Shown: piece after piece, positions 56,109-64,000 of the stretch
Layout: each line of letters opens with the position of its first letter
Numbering within the stretch: position 1 is the first letter of the stretch
Assembly: GCA_964016885.1 (NCBI GenBank)
Contig: OZ024754.1
Location: 32,550,001-32,614,000 of the forward strand
Direction: 5' to 3'
From: Eledone cirrhosa
Lineage: Eukaryota
DNA: 64,000 bases
The notes under the pieces: model-generated
What the model was told of the DNA's origin: nothing
Database searches by the model: none
What the model saw: only the letters and a program-made list of their open reading frames with translations
Position numbers and translations under genes: made by a program

Positions 56109-56169
56109 AATATGGTTTTATAAATATAGTTTCCATTTGTTTAATATCGTATATCTATATATCTATATA

Positions 56170-56225
<56 letters not shown>

Positions 56226-56399
56226 CTACTAAAAGACACATAGTGACACCTGGCCCCTGCCGTTACATTCAGGTTGGAGTGTTTGTGGGATGTTTACAGA
56301 GCCTTGGTTGTCGTTAGCGATATTGAATCCAATGTTGGAAATTATGTTTCTTGCTTCCGACGATCACTAATCCAGGTATTTAATCGACGGAACGTCCGT

Positions 56400-56650
56400 C
56401 TCGTGTAATTAACATATAAAGGAACTGAGTATGCCACAGACACGCGTATCCTTAATATAATTCTTAGGGAATATAATTCCAGCGTGATAGGATTACATGT
56501 ATAGTCAATCCGACAGGCTTCCAATTTTACTCAAGTGTCGTGTGCTTACACTAGACTGTGGTAAAAGACATTTGCCAAAGATACCACGCAATGGACTCAA
56601 GATCTGGTCCTAAAGATTGCGAAGCGAATTTTGTAACCACTCGGCCATAC
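56400..56650 (-). mobile_element. Degenerate tRNA-derived SINE, third family
   Basis: Minus strand begins gtatggccgagtggttacaaaattcgcttcgcaatc.. then ttggcaaatgtcttttacc. Confidence 0.6.
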
Positions 56651-56892
56651 AACGTCTACAATCTATTTACGAAACACACACACTCATACACACATTCACA
56701 CATACTTAGTTAGTACTTAGACATGATTATTTTAATTTTAAAGATGAATGCCGTAGACTAGATTGTATAGAAAATCTCCCTATAAGGAGAATTAACTTTC
56801 TTAACTATTTAAATAAACAGGACACCAGCTTGTGCTAAGATCATATTCTGATCTCACACGTGTATGTATGTAGGTAGGTATGTATATATATA

Positions 56893-57294
56893 TATGACCC
56901 CTTAGCCTTTGTCAAGGCAGAATTCTAGGAGAAGGAAAACTCTGATATAACACCTGCAACCCTGATGGTATCCAATGATGTTGACTTGTTCTTCTTTTTG
57001 GTAAATATCATCTTGGTTAAGAGAGTGGCACTGGCTTTGTGCAGTGCCTTTGCTCACTATAAAAGCTTCACGGCACCGGCATTGCTTTGTATCTGGAGAT
57101 CTCTCTGCACTTGTCATCACATGGTACCATGGGCCCAGCACTATGTGTCAATAATTGTCACAAGTGTAGTGTTTATACCAGAGTTTTCAAGTCGCTGGCT
57201 GGACTAAAATGTCACACTCGTTCAGCGCATCGGTAGGGGTTCTCCTACATGGATATAAAGTAGTGGCCGTACTCGAAAACGAGTTGGCAGCCAC
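56893..57294 (+). repeat. ~400-bp dispersed repeat, inverted partner of 49860-50258
   Basis: High identity and same boundaries. Confidence 0.9.
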
Positions 57295-57452
57295 TATATA
57301 TATATATATAGATATAAATAGGCAAGCTTTGTTTACAAACGGCTAGCGAATTTGAAATTTAAGTAGTAACATGTGCTTATGCCGTATTTGACTAAATAGA
57401 ATTGTTAGTTGTGATTTTAAAAAAACTCAGAATGAAGAAAAGGGATGAGTAT

Positions 57453-57522
57453 TGAGGTACTTGGAACACGAACCCACATCTTTGGATTTCCAAACCAATG
57501 TGTTACCATTACATCAACTCAC

Positions 57523-57523
<1 letters not shown>
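57453..57523 (-). pseudogene. tRNA-like relic (SINE head or tRNA pseudogene)
   Basis: TGATGTAATGGTAA A-box-like, TTGGT/TCCAA anticodon-arm-like, GGTTCG; acceptor stem does not pair. Confidence 0.45.
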
Positions 57524-57567
<44 letters not shown>

Positions 57568-57569
57568 TA

Positions 57570-57728
57570 TATATAAGAACAAAAGATGGTTAAAAGTGTT
57601 CCATGTATTTTATTATGCGCATTTCTTTTGTTCTTATATATTATATATACTCCAGTCCTACAAACTGTAGAGTGCTTCTTATCCGATATCTGCATTGCTT
57701 TATTGTACTACAATAAAACTCACCTCCT

Positions 57729-57730
<2 letters not shown>
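57570..57730. mobile_element. Family B hairpin with the central part deleted
   Basis: Short arm up to gcgcatttc joined directly to ttttgttcttata...cacctcctac of the opposite arm. Confidence 0.82.
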
Positions 57731-57821
<91 letters not shown>

Positions 57822-58064
57822 TATGCACACGTACACGCATATATACATACATACACACACACATATATATATACAATTAGAAGGCAGCATGTTTGAATTT
57901 AACCATTTTCAATTTATAAAAATCAGTTATAGATATTTTGATGACATGTGTTATGTAATGGCCACTCGCGATCAGATTGAGCATTACATAACCGATATCA
58001 TGGAAATACGTATAACTAATTACGTTATGAATAGAATATGATGACATTCAAACATTATGTCTTG

Positions 58065-58248
58065 TGGATGGACAGTATCGGTAGAGGGTCGGACGCCATG
58101 CTTTCCAGCATAGTTACGTCCCTTTACGATCTGAGTTCAAATCCCGCCGAGGTTAACTTTGCCTTTCATCCTTACGGGGTCGATAAAATAAAGTACCAGT
58201 AATGCACTGGTTAATTGCTGGCCTTGTGCCTAACGTAGAAACAATTAT
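58065..58248 (+). mobile_element. SINE main family, full length
   Basis: Head, B box, core, tail. Confidence 0.92.
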
Positions 58249-58416
58249 GTCTTCTAGTTCATTAATATAATAACTCGCTCTGCCGTAAAGAGACCAATGT
58301 GAGAGTATGATGATGGAGCTACACATGGGGAGTGCTCAATCCTGCATACACACGTATTTAAGTATTTATTAATCTATACTTAAAAGTTAATAACGGATAT
58401 ATTAACAAGGGATAGC

Positions 58417-58535
<119 letters not shown>

Positions 58536-58548
58536 GATAATGCCAGAT

Positions 58549-58580
<32 letters not shown>

Positions 58581-58583
58581 GTT

Positions 58584-58616
<33 letters not shown>

Positions 58617-58644
58617 ATATATACATATATGTATATCTATATAT

Positions 58645-58679
<35 letters not shown>

Positions 58680-58847
58680 CACAGGCATATATATATATGT
58701 TTATATATATATATATATATATGTGCGTGTGTGTGTGTATATATACATATATGTATATATAGACACACACATATATATGCATATATATATATACGCATAT
58801 ATATATATATAAACATACACACACACATATATATATATATATATGTT

Positions 58848-58883
<36 letters not shown>

Positions 58884-58921
58884 CCTGTGTGTATTTATCT
58901 GTCATTAACCCGCCATGTATG

Positions 58922-59125
<204 letters not shown>

Positions 59126-59178
59126 CATACCTACATACATATATACATATATATATATATTTGTGTGTGTGTGTGCAA

Positions 59179-59243
<65 letters not shown>

Positions 59244-59569
59244 TATATGTGTATATATATAAATATATGTCTGTAAGTATGTACGTCTGTATATATATAA
59301 ATCTGTGTGCACATCACATCTGTGTGTATAGTTGTAGGTAAAAGAGAGCGAAGTGTTCCGCTGAGAGGTATATAATGGAGAAGAAGGTGAGACAGTCTGT
59401 GTAATTACAGCTAATAGTGGGAGGTGGAACAAGAACTGACACCATTCATTGGTTCCTTCGTCGCTGGTCGGAGCCCCTAGCAAAGTATTTGTAGTTCTGC
59501 CAACCTGAACATAAACTCACCAAACATCAACAAATACACTCCACCCAAACATATATACACACATATAGA

Positions 59570-60900
59570 GAAGCCTATATACAGACACATATATAGAGAC
59601 ACATATATACAGAAACATATAGAGAAGCATATATACAGAAACATATATATGCACAAATATATATATATATACAAACACATACACATATAGTAGAAACATA
59701 TATACAGAAACATATATACAGAAACATATAGAGAAGCATATATACAGAAACATATATATGCACAAATATATATATATATACAAACACATACACATATAGA
59801 GAAGCATATCTACAGAAACATATATACAAAAGCATATATACAGAAACATATATATGCACAAATATATATATACAAACACATACACATATAGAGAAGCATA
59901 TATGCAGAAACATATATACAAAAGCATATATACAGAAACATATATATGCACAAATATATATATATATACAAACACATACACATATAGAGAAGCATATATA
60001 CAGAAACATATATACAAAAGCATATATACAGAAACATATATATGCACAAATATATATATATATACAAACACATACACATATAGAGAAGCATATATACAGA
60101 AACATATATACAAAAGCATATATACAGAAACATATATATGCACAAATATATATATATATACAAACACATACACATATAGAGAAACATATATACAGAAACA
60201 TATATACAAAAGCATATATACAGAAACATATATATGCACAAATATATATATATATACAAACACATACACATATAGAGAAGCATATATACAGAAACATATA
60301 TACAAAAGCATATATACAGAAACATATATATGCACAAATATATATATATATACAAACACATACACATATAGAGAAGCATATATACAGAAACATATATACA
60401 AAAGCATATATACAGAAACATATATATGCACAAATATATATATATATACAAACACATACACATATAGAGAAACATATATACAGAAACATATATACAAAAG
60501 CATATATACAGAAACATATATATGCACAAATATATATATATATACAAACACATACACATATAGAGAAGCATATATACAGAAACATATATACAAAAGCATA
60601 TATACAGAAACATATATATGCACAAATATATATATATACAAACACATACACATATAGAGAAGCATATATACAGAAACATATATACAAAAGCATATATACA
60701 GAAACATATATATGCACAAATATATATATATATACAAACACATACACATATAGAGAAGCATATATACAGAAACATATATACAAAAGCATATATACAGAAA
60801 CATATATATGCACAAATATATATATACAAACACATACACATATAGAGAAACATATATACAGAAACATATATACAGAAATATAAATACACAAATATATATA
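59570..60900. repeat. 96-bp minisatellite built from 14-bp CATATATACAGAAA subunits
   Basis: gagaa(g/a)c recurs at 59891, 59987, 60083, 60179 and onward. Confidence 0.92.
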
Positions 60901-61355
60901 TATATACAAACACATATACATATATATATAGAAACATATATACAGAACATATATACACACACATATATATATACAGCATATACACACACATATAGAGAAA
61001 CATATATACAGAAACATATACACACAAATATATATACAAACACACACATATACAGAAACATATACACGCACACATACAAACATATATACAAATACACACA
61101 CAGATACAAACACACATACACAAATATATATACAAACACACACACAGATACAAGCATATATACAAGCACACACACACGCATACAAACACACACATTCACA
61201 AATATATATACAAACACACACACAGATACAAACACACACATACACAAATATATATACAAATACACACACATACAAACACACAGAGATGGACACACATATA
61301 CACACGCATACATTAATTCACTACCATCTCCACACTCAATCTTAACATCTCTGTA

Positions 61356-62008
61356 CCACCACCACCACCACACCACCACCAACACCACCACCAACACCAC
61401 CACCAAAAACCACCACCACCACCACCACCAAAAACCACCACCACCACCACCACCACCATCACCACCACCACCTCCACCACAACCACCACCAACACCACCA
61501 CCAACAACACCACCACCAACACCACCACCAACACCACCACCACCACCACCACCACCACCAACAACAACAACAATACCAACAACACCAACAACACCACCAC
61601 CACCACCACCACCACCACCACACCACCACCAACACCACCACCAAAAACCACCACCACCACCACCACCACCACCACCACCACCACCACCACCACCACCACC
61701 ACCACCACCACCATCACACCACCACCACCACCACCACCACCACCACCACCAACACCACCACCACCAACACCACCACCACCAACACCACCACCAACACCAC
61801 CACCACCACCACCACCACCAACACCAACACCACCACCACCACCACCACCACCACCACCATCACCACCACCACCACCACCACCACCATCATCACACCACCA
61901 CCACCACCACCACCACCACCACCACCACCACCACCACCACCACCACCACCACCACCACCACCACCACCACCACCACCACCACCAACACCACCACCACCAC
62001 CATCATCA
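61356..62008. repeat. (CAC/CAA)n microsatellite
   Basis: Direct reading. Confidence 0.95.
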
Positions 62009-62063
62009 CTAGACTATTCTTGCTGGCATCTTCATAAAAAATCACGTCATATATATATATATA

Positions 62064-62100
<37 letters not shown>

Positions 62101-62309
62101 CGTGATTTTTTAATGTATAATATATATATATATATGTATATGTGTGTGTGTGTGTGTGAGCGTGTGTAATTGTGTGTGCAGTTGCATGGGGACACGTGTG
62201 TATGCAAAAACACGATCAGAAGTCAATCTTGGTGTTGACTACGATGTGTGTGTGTGGGGAGGGGGTTGTGTGAAGGGGACTGTTAATAATACACAAACAT
62301 ATATATATA

Positions 62310-62674
62310 TGTGTGTGTATCTACTTATATATACACACATTTATATGTGTGTATATATATATCTTATATACTCACACACCTTATATATATCTATATACTC
62401 ACACACACACATATATATTTTATATGTACATACACACAGACACATACACACACACATATATATATATATATACACACACATATACACACACACACATACA
62501 CACACATATATATATACATACACACAGACACATGCACACACACACACACATATATATATATACACAAACATACACAAACACATACATATATATATATATA
62601 TATAAATATATATATGTGTATCTACATATATATATATGTACACATTTATATGTGTACATATATATCTATATACT

Positions 62675-62708
<34 letters not shown>

Positions 62709-62994
62709 CATACACACACATATACACACACACACATACACACACATATATATATATACATACACACACACACATATATATATATACACAAACACACACA
62801 TACACATACATATATATATATATATATATAAATATATATATGTGTATCTACATATATATATACACACATTTATATGTGTACATATATATCTATATACTCA
62901 CACACACACACATATATATATATATATACATACACACACATACACACACACACACATACACACACATATATATATACATACACACAGACACATG

Positions 62995-63034
<40 letters not shown>

Positions 63035-63236
63035 AATATATATATGTGTATCTACATATATATATATACACACATTTATATGTGTACATATATATCTATA
63101 TACTCACACACACACACACACATATATATATATACACACATTTATATGTGTACATATATATCTATATACTCACACACACACACACACATATATATATATA
63201 CACACATTTATATGTGTACATATATATCTATATACT

Positions 63237-63270
<34 letters not shown>

Positions 63271-63300
63271 CATACACACACATACACACACACACACACA
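62310..63300. repeat. Complex tandem repeat with unit cacatttatatgtgtacatatatatctatatactcacac
   Basis: Unit recurs at least six times. Confidence 0.85.
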
Positions 63301-63432
63301 TATGTGTGTGTGTGTGAGTCTAGTTGTGTGAGGGTGTGACGTGTGCAAGATTCTGTAAGAATTAATAAAAAACAAAACTTCCAGAACATAATAGTTATAA
63401 ACATATTAACAAGGATAATATTTAAAGGTGGC

Positions 63433-63465
<33 letters not shown>

Positions 63466-63585
63466 AGTTGTAGTAGAGGTAGTAGTATTAGTCGTAGTAG
63501 TACTAGTAGTAGTAGTAGTAGTAGTAGTGTGTATGTATATATATATAGACATACACACATTTATATATATATATCCCTCTCTGTC

Positions 63586-63619
<34 letters not shown>

Positions 63620-63669
63620 AATTTTAGTACAGCATTGACGAAGCTTTAGAATACGGATATATATATATA

Positions 63670-63713
<44 letters not shown>

Positions 63714-64000
63714 GTGAGAGAGAGAGAGGGGGGGAGGGAGAGAGAGAGACAGAGAGATGCATACTCAAGTATATACATAAAGAAGGTAACACGACAATTG
63801 ACACCAAAAAGATGTCAAAAAGATGTTTAAAAGATGTTAAAAGGCACTTTGCACGGCCAACTATGGGTATCCTGTTATTAAATGGATAAAGAGGAAAGTA
63901 GCGTAAAAACATACATAAATAAAACAATAACCAAAGAAGAAAAAACAACAACAAAACATCGAAAAAAAAAACAATTGTAAAAAAGAAGTGAAAGATTTTT

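Larger units (their letters stand above)
55735..56157. mobile_element. Family A hairpin element (arms 55815-55971 and 56001-56157)
   Basis: Near-perfect inverted arms with intact hammerheads; (TA)n flanks. Confidence 0.9.

Noticed and set aside
57453-57523. Functional tRNA gene
   Set aside because: Acceptor stem and T-arm do not pair properly
59517-62037. Long ORFs of 409-629 aa
   Set aside because: Entirely satellite and (CAC)n derived

Overview
This is eukaryotic, very AT-rich, microsatellite-saturated DNA with a 200-N gap. It is most likely an octopod cephalopod, inferred from the repeat landscape and the resemblance of the multi-copy SINE to octopus SINEs. Almost all ORFs in the track are microsatellite artefacts and no host gene can be named. 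Real coding remnants are all retrotransposon-derived: a young 5'-truncated R4/Dong-type LINE with an intact 449-aa ORF and a TSD, an older R4/Dong relic, two RTE-type LINE pieces (one with a twin-priming-style 5' inversion) and Penelope-like (PLE) RT/GIY-YIG relics. There are also about 17 SINE copies, a Tigger-like and a hAT-like MITE, and several minisatellites. The main discovery is a dense set of short non-coding elements embedded in (TA)n, in at least six unrelated sequence families. Many are DNA hairpins (palindromes) carrying type I hammerhead ribozyme motifs that read outward from the apex. In two families the apex loop occurs in both orientations (flip/flop). In two families the apex coincides with ribozyme stem II, leaving only half-ribozymes. 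Several hammerheads share non-canonical cores (CCGANGA, CAGAAGA). All pairings were read by eye; no folding or database search was run.
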